A stretch of DNA of 62,901 bases from Oxalobacter formigenes (GTDB taxonomy: Bacteria; Pseudomonadota; Gammaproteobacteria; Burkholderiales; Burkholderiaceae_D): NCBI GenBank assembly GCA_949290765.1, contig CASETG010000017.1:1-62901 (forward strand), given 5' to 3'. The translations under genes and the position numbers were made by a program. Within the stretch, counting starts at the first letter, position 1; each line of letters opens with the position of its first letter. Of the stretch, positions 39,478-47,587 are shown one piece after another. Under the pieces are notes generated by a model that was not told the DNA's origin, ran no database searches, and saw only the letters and a list, made by a program, of their open reading frames with translations.

Positions 39478-41514
39478 TCAGTATTTGACGGTTGCTCCCG
39501 CAAAGAGCGTCATGCCTGCCTGCGGGTAGCCGTAGGTGTAGTAATAGTTTTTGTCGAACAGGTTTCTGACACCCAGCTCGAAACTGTAATTGTCATCGGG
39601 CTCGTAAACCGCTTTCAGGTTGAAAGTGGCAAAGCCCGGTGAGCTGTCATGGTCATCCTTGCTGGAGCTGGAATAAAAGGAATCGGTGACGTACAGTTCC
39701 GGAATGATGGACATGTGCGCCATGGGCGAAATGACCAGATAAGCCGAACCGCTGTGTTTCGGTGTGAAGGTGATATAGTCCGCCGTATCGCTGCCGCGAG
39801 TGCTCCAGTTCATATAGCTGTATGTCAGGCCTGCCTTGAGGCTGGCGTCCAGCATGTATTCCGCACCCAGTTCGGCACCGAAAATGCGTGCCTTGTCCGC
39901 ATTGGTGAAATACGTGTTTTTCGCACTGTCAGTCGTCGAGATGATCAGGTCGGAAAAGTCGCTGTAAAACAGGCTGGTATTGAGTTTGAGTTTTTCAGTG
40001 ACGTTGCCGCGGTAGCCCAGTTCGTAATGGAGCGCCACTTCCGGTTTCAGATCGGCACTTGTCGGAATACTGGCGTTGTTACGGAAACCCATGAAACGCT
40101 CGCGCATGGTGCCGGTGCGCGATTTGCGGGCAACCGTTGCATACACCTGGTTGTTTTTCATGAAATCGTAAAAAGCACCGACCTGCCAGGTAAACAAATC
40201 GTCCGACATGCCCGAAACATTCATGCGGCTGCCGCTGCCGTCTGACTCATAGGTATTGGCATGTTCAGGATCGACCCATGTATAACTGCCACCGAATACC
40301 AGTGTCAGCGGGTCGGAGACTTTCAGAGTGTATTCCGCACCGACATCCCAATAGTTTTCCCGGATATCATCGCTCATGTATTTGACGTTGGCATCCGTCC
40401 AGCCGTAAGCCTTGTGCGACAGGGTGCGGTAGCCTACAGAGGTCGCCAGCCTGTTCCTGTCGTCGAAAGCGTAATCCAGTTTGAACTGTGCGCCGGCTGT
40501 GTACTGGTCGTACAGCGTATCCCCGCTCAGGTCGCGTACGGAATAGGTTTCATCCGTGTATCCGTATGTCCTGTCCTTGTGCTTGTCGTAATAGGCGATG
40601 AATTTGACATCGGTCTTGTCGTTGACGTGCCAGCTGGCATTCATGTAATAGCGGTCCGTGTCGTAGGTCGGCCAGCGCCATGCGCGCGATTGCGAGCCGC
40701 CGTTGCCGATTCTCGGCGCGTCAGGCGCCGCATTGATGGGTTGTCCGCGTTCATATCGCTGGACGGCATAACCGAACATGACGTCGATGTCACGGGTCGG
40801 CGTGAAACCGACCATCGCATTGAGGCTGCGGTTGCGGTAGTCCGAATTGATCCGCCGGCCCGGGTCCTGATAACGTCCGCCGTCGAAATCGCTTGAAAGA
40901 CGGTAGAAATCCTGACGGTTTTCCACGGCACTGACTTTCGCATAAAACTTTTCCTGCCGTGTACCGAGCGACAGCCCCATCAGGCGTCCCTGATCGTTGG
41001 CGTGACTGTCGAAATAATTGGTGTATTTGGCCTTGAAGTCCAGTTCCTTGACAGGTTTTGCGGTCTTGAGATTGATCGTTCCAGCAAGACCGTTGTTGCT
41101 GCCGAGAAGCGGCGATGAAAATCCTTTCGCGATATCGACCGATTCCAGATCGAACAACAGGGCGTTATCCGCACTCCATTCGTTACGATAGGCAGTCGCT
41201 ACCGGAATATCATCGACATACATACCGATCTGGTAACGGCTGGAACCGCGAATGGTAATGGTGTTTTCGCCACGTCCGGCAGACTCTCCCTGAAAAACGC
41301 CCGGAACACCGCGGACGGCTTCCCACAGGGTATTGGCGGTCTTGCGCTCGAAGTCCGTTTGCGTCAGATAAGTCGTTGTGTCGAAGCGGTCTGTTACCGT
41401 TACATTGTCGAGTTGTACCTCAGGCATATCGGAATCGGCGGCAAAAAGCTGTGATGATCCGGAAAAGAGCAATACGGCCATACAGGCCGGTGTGAAAAGC
41501 GGCTTTTTTTTCAT
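39478..41514 (-). CDS. TonB-dependent outer membrane receptor
   Basis: Signal peptide, TonB box LDNVTVT, plug (VPGV..IRG..VDDIP), LKPE, RNLFDKNY, C-terminal aromatic residue. Confidence 0.95.
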   Translation of the reverse strand: MKKKPLFTPACMAVLLFSGSSQLFAADSDMPEVQLDNVTVTDRFDTTTYLTQTDFERKTANTLWEAVRGVPGVFQGESAGRGENTITIRGSSRYQIGMYVDDIPVATAYRNEWSADNALLFDLESVDIAKGFSSPLLGSNNGLAGTINLKTAKPVKELDFKAKYTNYFDSHANDQGRLMGLSLGTRQEKFYAKVSAVENRQDFYRLSSDFDGGRYQDPGRRINSDYRNRSLNAMVGFTPTRDIDVMFGYAVQRYERGQPINAAPDAPRIGNGGSQSRAWRWPTYDTDRYYMNASWHVNDKTDVKFIAYYDKHKDRTYGYTDETYSVRDLSGDTLYDQYTAGAQFKLDYAFDDRNRLATSVGYRTLSHKAYGWTDANVKYMSDDIRENYWDVGAEYTLKVSDPLTLVFGGSYTWVDPEHANTYESDGSGSRMNVSGMSDDLFTWQVGAFYDFMKNNQVYATVARKSRTGTMRERFMGFRNNASIPTSADLKPEVALHYELGYRGNVTEKLKLNTSLFYSDFSDLIISTTDSAKNTYFTNADKARIFGAELGAEYMLDASLKAGLTYSYMNWSTRGSDTADYITFTPKHSGSAYLVISPMAHMSIIPELYVTDSFYSSSSKDDHDSSPGFATFNLKAVYEPDDNYSFELGVRNLFDKNYYYTYGYPQAGMTLFAGATVKY

Positions 41515-41530
41515 GTTTTGTGTGAATCCT

Positions 41531-42088
41531 TCAGTTGACGGTTGGCGGCATCTTTTCGAGAATTGCCGTTATGTCATGCAAGACAGATGAACAATCCGTA
41601 TCGTCAAGGTCATAGAGATGTGCGAAATCGAGAGACCATCGTGACGCCAGCAGGTGGGCGATACCGCTGCGGATACCGAGAAAGGTCGGGTTTGTCCGTT
41701 CGACCAGGGTAGCGAGCTGTTCGCTCCATCCTCCCCCTTCCAGTTCCCAGCGTCCGATTTCATCGATGAACAGATATTTTTTCGTCATATCGTCTGCCAG
41801 AACATGTCTTCCGGTTTCCAGTGCGGATTCTGAAAAACAGAAAGCACCGTGACATACCCTGTCTGCGACCGGAAAAACCGATGCATTCGCCAGCGGTACG
41901 GCCAGCGGAATACAGCGATGGCTGGCGATGCACAGCAGTTCATATCCGAACGGCTGTCCGTTGCGCATGGCGCGACGGGCGATGATGCCGCCCAGACTGT
42001 CCGTCTGTTTTCGCAACAGATGCAACAACGCTTCGAGCGTGCGGCTTTTTCCGCTTTTGCGGGTACCCGTGATGGCGAAAATCATCAT
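41531..42088 (-). CDS. Small P-loop NTPase (NTPase_1/DUF2478-like)
   Basis: ITGTRKSGKS Walker A and FIDEIGRWELEGGGW Walker B; ATG 42088 with GGAG RBS overlaps the DUF364 stop. Confidence 0.8.
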   Translation of the reverse strand: MMIFAITGTRKSGKSRTLEALLHLLRKQTDSLGGIIARRAMRNGQPFGYELLCIASHRCIPLAVPLANASVFPVADRVCHGAFCFSESALETGRHVLADDMTKKYLFIDEIGRWELEGGGWSEQLATLVERTNPTFLGIRSGIAHLLASRWSLDFAHLYDLDDTDCSSVLHDITAILEKMPPTVN

Positions 42089-42882
42089 GCATCTCCGTCC
42101 GTTACCGGTGGACGTCCGATTTTTTCCAGCCATCGGCGCAGATGACCGCAACTGGCATGACGGCGGACGGCATCGAATACACATGCCTTGTGGCATACCC
42201 GGCTGCTTCCCAGACTGAAACGGCCAAGTGTGCCGGCAAGCGGCGTACTCGGTCCCAGTATGCAAGCCGGGACATGCTTCGGAATATGCGGGAGATAATG
42301 ATGGATGCTTTTGTTGGAAAAAGCGGAACCGGTCAGAATCACTCCGTCGCACAAGGGCATCTGTTCTGCCGCCGCTGCAGGACGCAACGTTTGCGGGATG
42401 CCTTTCAGCTCGAAAATGCGTAGCGACACACCGCAGAGACGGGCCATCCGGACGACAGGAGCAAAGTAACCGACCAGTCCCAGACAGGCACCTTTGGGCA
42501 TATCTGCGACAAAATCCTGATAGTCTGGTGCCGGTACGGTACCGTTAACGTTCAGAATCGAATTGATGGCCGCCAGTGAAATGGCCTGATAGAGCTTATC
42601 GGTTTCAAGGTAAGCGGAAACCAGCTCATGCAGATGCATCTTGCAAACAGAGCGTTCGATGCCTGCCAGATGGCTACGGCTTTCGCACCGGTCTGCATAA
42701 CGCATGGCAATACCGGTACCGAGCGAGCTTTCGACGGCAACCGTTTTTTCACCGATGGCACAATCCGTTATTTCCGCGTCGCCAATGGCGCCAAGCGCTT
42801 CTTCGACGATATGTTGATAGACTGTCGCAACCATAAACTTGACAATCGGGTTTCCAAATGCAAAATAAACCGTTTCTTTCAT
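42085..42882 (-). CDS. DUF364 (Rossmann-like, putative heavy-metal chelation) protein
   Basis: AISLAAINS, LVGYFAP, VILTGSAFSN and LGPSTPL motifs; alternative start ATG 42834. Confidence 0.8.
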   Translation of the reverse strand: MKETVYFAFGNPIVKFMVATVYQHIVEEALGAIGDAEITDCAIGEKTVAVESSLGTGIAMRYADRCESRSHLAGIERSVCKMHLHELVSAYLETDKLYQAISLAAINSILNVNGTVPAPDYQDFVADMPKGACLGLVGYFAPVVRMARLCGVSLRIFELKGIPQTLRPAAAAEQMPLCDGVILTGSAFSNKSIHHYLPHIPKHVPACILGPSTPLAGTLGRFSLGSSRVCHKACVFDAVRRHASCGHLRRWLEKIGRPPVTDGDA

Positions 42883-42977
42883 GCAAAAAAACGGTTCGCT
42901 TGATGCGCTGCTTATGGGAAATCTTGTAGATCGAAAGCCGGAATACAGGAAAAAGGGTGACCTTTGTCAGTGATATC

Positions 42978-43035
42978 TAGCGCTATTCCTTTTTGGAATA
43001 GCGCTATTCTAAAAGGAATATTGCCGCGCTGGCAA
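42978..43035 (-). promoter_or_regulatory. sigma70 promoter overlapped by a palindromic operator
   Basis: Minus strand TTGCCA-N18-TAGAAT (43035-43030 and 43011-43006); inverted repeat TAGCGCTATTCC-TTTTT-GGAATAGCGCTA at 42978-43006. Confidence 0.7.
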
Positions 43036-43222
43036 GGTTTCCTTTTGCCTCGTGTGGCGTTTTTGTATCTGCGGAAAATGTGTTGTGACGGTATTTGTGG
43101 CGGAAAGGGCGGCGCGATGGTACAAGCGTGCCGGAAATGTACATGCTGTTCCGACAGGATGATGTTTCAGGGCCGACAGGCATCAGGGTGTCGGCGCGCA
43201 TGGTTGTCTGTCCCCGCAGACT

Positions 43223-44617
43223 TCAGCTGTTGACGAAAATCACTTCCAGATTCTCTGCTTCCATGCGCAGTCTGAGCCATTGCCTGATTTTCGTCTGGAT
43301 GTCTTTTTTCAACGTTTTCTTGCAGACGACGACAACGGCGGGTATTTCCTGAATACCCAAGCCGTTTTTCTGGCGAGAAACATAGGCGTCTGAAAAAAAC
43401 AACTCGGCGACATCAGGGTACTGGACATAAACTTCGCTGGCGATGCCGGCGTAGCGTTTTTCTTTTTCCGCCCTGGCACGAAGCGTGGCGGATTGTGCTT
43501 CTTCCTGGAGGGCCTTGAGGATTTGTTCTTTTTTCTCGGTTTCCTGCTGGTTATTCGACATCGACAGCATATCCTTTGCCAGCGATGTCTTGATGGCGTT
43601 CAGGTCATCCTGATGGAAACCGGCTTGCTGGAAAACAAGGCGTGTTCCGGAAAGACCGTATCGGGACAGGTTTTTTTCGATTCCGGATAGCGTCGTTTCG
43701 TCTAGTTGTTGCCCGACCAGTACGATATCGATGGTTTTGTCACGGTAGGATGCCTTGTAACTGATCGGAAAGGTTTTCTTGAAAACGAGTTCATGGTTGA
43801 TGAAATTGGTGACGTTTCTGCTGAATATCTGGCTGTGGACGAAATGGACGGCGATGAATACGCTGGGCACGAAGCTGACGAAAACCACGGATAGCAGAAA
43901 CAGTCTGAGTCTGAAACTGCGTTTGTCGTCTATCTTGCGGCGTGAAATCGGCCGGATGAACCAGACGATCAGGATGGATGAAACGGCGATATAGATGCAG
44001 TTGAGCAGGTACAGATACATCGCTCCTAGAAAATAGCCGATATTGCCGTGCACGAATCCGTAGGCCGCGGTACATAATGGCGGCATGAGTGCCGTGGCGA
44101 TGGCGACGCCGGGAATGACGTTCGATTTTTCCTTGCGTGTGACCCCGATGATGCCGGCCAGTCCGCCGAACAGGGCGATCAACAGGTCCCATAATGTCGG
44201 GGACGTTCTGGCAAGCAGTTCGGATTGCGCCGTGTCCAGCGGCGAAATGTAAAAGTACAGTGCGGATGTGATGAAGCTGATAACGGTGGCGATGACCAGG
44301 TTCTTGAGCGCACGGTGAATCAGCCGGAAGTCGTAGATGCCGACGCCGTAGCCGATGCCCATGATCGGTCCCATGAGGGGGGAAATCAGCATGGCGCCGA
44401 TGATGACCGGTGTGGAATTGATATTCAGCCCGATCGAGGCGACCAGTATGGCGCACATCAATGTCCAGAGATAGGTGCCGTTCAGTTCGATGCCATCCCG
44501 GATGTTTTTGTCGATTTCACTGTCGTCTGCCTGATCCATACGCAGACTGAAACGTTTGACCAGTGCGTTTCTGATTCGCTGTGGCCATTGGCCGATATCC
44601 GGGGGGGCTGGATTCAT
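43223..44617 (-). CDS. DUF389 / TIGR00341-family membrane protein
   Basis: VIIGAMLISPLMGPI, ELLARTSPT and IPGVAIATALMPPL motifs; soluble C-terminal domain. Confidence 0.9.
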   Translation of the reverse strand: MNPAPPDIGQWPQRIRNALVKRFSLRMDQADDSEIDKNIRDGIELNGTYLWTLMCAILVASIGLNINSTPVIIGAMLISPLMGPIMGIGYGVGIYDFRLIHRALKNLVIATVISFITSALYFYISPLDTAQSELLARTSPTLWDLLIALFGGLAGIIGVTRKEKSNVIPGVAIATALMPPLCTAAYGFVHGNIGYFLGAMYLYLLNCIYIAVSSILIVWFIRPISRRKIDDKRSFRLRLFLLSVVFVSFVPSVFIAVHFVHSQIFSRNVTNFINHELVFKKTFPISYKASYRDKTIDIVLVGQQLDETTLSGIEKNLSRYGLSGTRLVFQQAGFHQDDLNAIKTSLAKDMLSMSNNQQETEKKEQILKALQEEAQSATLRARAEKEKRYAGIASEVYVQYPDVAELFFSDAYVSRQKNGLGIQEIPAVVVVCKKTLKKDIQTKIRQWLRLRMEAENLEVIFVNS

Positions 44618-44778
44618 GATGTGTTTTCCCGTGAAACCGTTTGACGATGTTTTGTCATAATGGACAAAAAAAGGTCTTTGTGCAAACTGTAAAATCGCCC
44701 GTCATCGCGTGAAATTGACGGACGACAAAGAGCGGTCGGAAAACAGGCGGGGCATACCGTGGAAGAACGGGTGTGAAA

Positions 44779-45711
44779 TCAGGTTTCTTTTTGTGTGGCG
44801 CGTCCTGCTTCCTCGTTTTTGCGCTGTTTCCAGAGTTGCCAGGAATTGATGATGTTTTGCCAGACGACATAGGAACCGGCACCGATGGCGGAGATGGGCG
44901 TCATGTACACGTGAGCCATCCAGATTGCCAGAATGGTGTTTTTCTGTCCCAGCGACTGGCCACCGCTGATGCGTTCCTGATAGCGCGCGCCGATTCGCTT
45001 GCCGATGAAAAATTGCAGGCAGCATACGACCATGGCCGCGAGTGCTATCCATATTTCCGTCATGCCGTCTTCCGGTTCGTTGATCAGGGTGTTGACGGTT
45101 TGCGCCATGACGACGATAAGCGCGACTGCCCAGAGATAGAAGGCGGCTTCGTGGTAACCGATCATCTTCGCATGCAGTTTCGGAAGATAGCGTCTGATGA
45201 TCATGGCGGTGACGAAGGGACAAATCAGTAACGGAAATACCTTTTTCAGGATAATGAGAAACGAGGCGAAAAAGCCGATGTGTTCTCCAAGCGGATGAAT
45301 CAGCGGAAAGAGCAAGGGCGCAGCAATGGCGGTTCCGATATTGCCCAAAAGGGTGTAGCTGGTCAGGCTCGCCGCACTGCCGCCGAGTTTGTCGGTAATG
45401 ACGGCTGCCGCCGTGGCGGTCGGTGCGATGACACAAATGAAGGCGCCCTCGGCCGCGAAAATATTGAAGGGTCTGAGAGACAGATAGACCAGTATCGCGC
45501 CACCGATTTGCACGAGCAACAGCCAGAGGTGAACGGTTCTGAAATGGAGATCGCGGAACGGAACCTTGCAAAAGGTCAGCAAGAGCATCGTGAAGATGAG
45601 CCAGGGTGTGAGAAACGACAGGTGAATGAAAACCGGATAGCCTGCTGCACCGGCTAGCATGGCCAGAGGCAATGCCCAGTTTCGCAGAAAACGCAAGATT
45701 ACGGAGAGCAT
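44779..45711 (-). CDS. Bile acid:Na+ symporter (SBF-like) family transporter
   Basis: About 10 TM helices; PTATAAAVIT..LGG and GQSLGQKNT motifs. Confidence 0.8.
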   Translation of the reverse strand: MLSVILRFLRNWALPLAMLAGAAGYPVFIHLSFLTPWLIFTMLLLTFCKVPFRDLHFRTVHLWLLLVQIGGAILVYLSLRPFNIFAAEGAFICVIAPTATAAAVITDKLGGSAASLTSYTLLGNIGTAIAAPLLFPLIHPLGEHIGFFASFLIILKKVFPLLICPFVTAMIIRRYLPKLHAKMIGYHEAAFYLWAVALIVVMAQTVNTLINEPEDGMTEIWIALAAMVVCCLQFFIGKRIGARYQERISGGQSLGQKNTILAIWMAHVYMTPISAIGAGSYVVWQNIINSWQLWKQRKNEEAGRATQKET

Positions 45712-45999
45712 GGTATTCCGGAAAAACCTGAAATGAAAAACAATACTGTGCCGGCATGAACGGATTTTGACGGCTGCTTCCGGTTCGAATTGCCGAGTGT
45801 CCGGTTCATTTTATACCCGCATGTCCAAGAGGGAAAGGAAAGGGCGGGGCATGTTACGCTGAAAAAGGTGAAGGCGGAGCAGGAAAACAGGGTATATGCC
45901 GCAAGGAAAGAGCGTTTCGAGCGGTATCGACGGAAAATACGCTTGTCCGTCCGGTCATGTACGGGCGCAATGGAAAAGGCGAAAAACGGGGAACTGTTT

Positions 46000-46029
46000 T
46001 TGACAGTCGTATATCGTACAATATACGTT
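46000..46029 (+). promoter_or_regulatory. Putative rhlE promoter with palindrome in the spacer
   Basis: Perfect TTGACA at 46000, TACGTT 18 bp downstream, CGTATATCGTACAATATACG palindrome at 46008-46027. Confidence 0.45.
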
Positions 46030-46110
46030 TCAACAGGCTCGTCGCAAAGCGGTCCGTCCGGGACATGTCATTGCGTTCGGGAGATGTCATTCATTATCAG
46101 GTTGGGATTT

Positions 46111-47526
46111 ATGGCAGATAATCAGCAAAAGGCGGCTGCGGACGCCTCCGGTGTGAAGTTCGTTGATTTCGGACTGTCGCCGGAATTATTGAAGGCGCTC
46201 GATGATCTGGGTTATACCTCGCCGACACCTATCCAGCTCAAGGCGATTCCGCACGTTCTTCAGGGAAAAGATGTCATGGGCGCAGCCCAGACCGGTACCG
46301 GAAAAACGGCGGGGTATTCATTGCCGATGTTGCAGTCGCTGCTGTTTCACGCCAATACCAGCATGTCGCCGGCGCGTCATCCCGTCAGGGCTCTGGTGCT
46401 TGTGCCGACACGTGAGCTGGCCGACCAGGTCTATGAAGACGTCAGAAAGTATGCGAAATATACCAGCCTGCGTGTGGCGGTCGTTTTCGGCGGGGTGGAT
46501 ATGACCTCGCAAACGGGTGTGCTGCGTGCTGGTGCGGAAATCCTGATAGCCACGCCAGGGCGTCTGCTTGACCATGTCCAGCAGAAGAACGTCAATCTGG
46601 GACAGACGCATATTCTTGTGCTTGACGAAGCCGACAGGATGCTGGATATGGGCTTTTTGCCGGATTTGCAGCGTATTGTGAATCTGCTTCCGAAAAAACG
46701 GCAGAATCTTCTTTTCTCGGCAACGTTTTCGAGCGAGATACGGAAGCTGGCGAAAAGCTTTCTGGACAATCCCGTATCGGTCGAGGTGGCGCGCAAGAAC
46801 GCTACGGCAGACAATGTCCGGCAGATCGTTTACCGGGTCGACGAAGCCAGCAAGAACGAGGCGATCGAATTTCTGTTGCGGCAGCATCGTCAGGAACAGG
46901 TACTGGTTTTTTCCAACACCCGTGCCGGTGCATCCCGTCTTGCAAGGCAGCTGGAAAGGAAAGGACGGAAAGCGTCCGCCATTCACGGCGACAAGACGCA
47001 GGCGGAAAGAATGGCGGCGCTGGAAGCCTTCAAGGAAGGCAATATCGAAGTGCTTGTTGCGACGGATGTGGCAGCACGCGGTTTGCATATCGAGGAATTG
47101 CCTTGCGTCATCAATTTCGATTTGCCTTTCGTTGCGGAAGATTATGTGCACCGTATCGGCAGAACCGGGCGTGCCGGTGCAACGGGGCAAGCGATTTCGC
47201 TTTGTTCCGCAAAGGATGAGAAACTGTTGGGAGAAATCGAGAAACTCATCGGAAAAAAATTGCCGCTCGATACGATTCCTGAATTCGAGATCGCCAGGGA
47301 TGAAGTGCGCAAGCCGGAGGTCGCCGGTGCCGGAAAACGTTCCGAACGCAGTCCCTACAAGTCGGTAGGGCTGGAAAAGAAACGGCATGACCCATGGTTC
47401 GACCGACCGTATGTTCCGGAAACGCCGTCCGGGAAAGAAACGGCGAATGCCAAGCCGGATGCGCCGAAAATGGCGAAAAAACCGCTGGCCGCCCTGTTGG
47501 GCGGAATGCCGAAAACAGGAAAATGA
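46111..47526 (+). CDS. rhlE: DEAD-box ATP-dependent RNA helicase (RhlE-like)
   Basis: Q motif, AQTGTGKT, PTRELA, DEAD, SAT and HRIGRTGR motifs; start moved to ATG 46111. Confidence 0.9.
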   Translation: MADNQQKAAADASGVKFVDFGLSPELLKALDDLGYTSPTPIQLKAIPHVLQGKDVMGAAQTGTGKTAGYSLPMLQSLLFHANTSMSPARHPVRALVLVPTRELADQVYEDVRKYAKYTSLRVAVVFGGVDMTSQTGVLRAGAEILIATPGRLLDHVQQKNVNLGQTHILVLDEADRMLDMGFLPDLQRIVNLLPKKRQNLLFSATFSSEIRKLAKSFLDNPVSVEVARKNATADNVRQIVYRVDEASKNEAIEFLLRQHRQEQVLVFSNTRAGASRLARQLERKGRKASAIHGDKTQAERMAALEAFKEGNIEVLVATDVAARGLHIEELPCVINFDLPFVAEDYVHRIGRTGRAGATGQAISLCSAKDEKLLGEIEKLIGKKLPLDTIPEFEIARDEVRKPEVAGAGKRSERSPYKSVGLEKKRHDPWFDRPYVPETPSGKETANAKPDAPKMAKKPLAALLGGMPKTGK

Positions 47527-47587
47527 CAGGGTATCCGTCCGTTTTCCGGACGGCAGACCGTAAATATCCACCTGGGTTGAAATCCGC

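Noticed and set aside
41531-42352. 273-aa version of the NTPase
   Set aside because: The extension overlaps DUF364 out of frame. The RBS and ATGA overlap support a start at 42088.
41515-43222. Cobalamin riboswitch or Fur box upstream of the receptor or operon
   Set aside because: No B12-box elements (GCCACTG..GGGAAG) and no GATAATGATAATCATTATC-like site were seen.
33039-45711. Intact integrative element or prophage at tRNA-Ser
   Set aside because: No integrase, transposase or phage genes, and no direct-repeat att site.
45790-46110. 107-aa N-terminal extension of RhlE
   Set aside because: Not protein-like and covers the likely promoter. Helicase homology begins after ATG 46111.
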